Source: Octopus bimaculoides (lineage: Eukaryota). Taken from it: a stretch of DNA of 64,000 nucleotides. The notes under the pieces were generated by a model. That model was not told the origin of the DNA and did not search any database. It saw only the letters and a program-made list of their open reading frames with translations. A program made the position numbers and the translations under genes. Within the stretch, counting starts at the first letter, position 1. The number at the start of each line of letters is the position of its first letter. The DNA lies in assembly GCF_001194135.2 (NCBI RefSeq), contig NC_068983.1:28999027-29063026 (forward strand), given 5' to 3'. Positions 63,741 to 64,000 of this stretch are shown one piece after another.

Positions 63741-64000
63741 GGGTAAAGGAATATTAATTAATTAATAAATTAATAATTAATAATTTTTATATTAGAAAAC
63801 ACTTGCCAAAGGTGCCACACAGTGGGACTGAACCTGAAACCATACATATGAACAATTGCAGCATGGAAGATGTTTGTAAGCCATTCAAGAACACACAAAA
63901 ACCATTAGTTTCACTTCAACATTTAAATTTCATATGTGTCAAAATATTTTCGTTGCTTTGAAACGATGACCTGTTCACTAGCAAAAGTTCATGCTACGTA

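Overview
AT-rich, repeat-dense eukaryotic DNA from a draft assembly with many N-gaps. The repeat content points to an octopus (coleoid cephalopod) genome; this is an inference from the tRNA/CORE-type SINE families, not a database result. Most of the window is transposon debris: three tRNA-derived SINE families (here A, B, C), RTE and CR1 LINE 3' fragments, a decayed Penelope-like RT, a full-length 1284-bp Hsmar1-like mariner, an internally deleted mariner, mariner- and piggyBac-type MITEs, and micro/minisatellites. No protein-coding gene could be named. A CpG/ETS-motif-rich 350-bp island at about 21.05-21.4 kb looks like a head-to-head promoter with two candidate first exons, and a few phase-compatible minus-strand exon candidates lie at 11-17 kb. 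The most interesting signals are: minimal hammerhead-ribozyme-like folds in two Penelope-type terminal repeat families, one pair arranged as a fold-back; a 373-bp unclassified insert with a 14-bp TSD and three regularly spaced hairpins; repeated retroelement insertion into the SINE-A central microsatellite; and several minisatellites that visibly arose from internal segments of SINEs. I see no CRISPR array, rRNA or intact tRNA gene, and no evidence for a new multi-gene system. Coordinates were read by eye; repeat boundaries are approximate unless a TSD or TIR is quoted.
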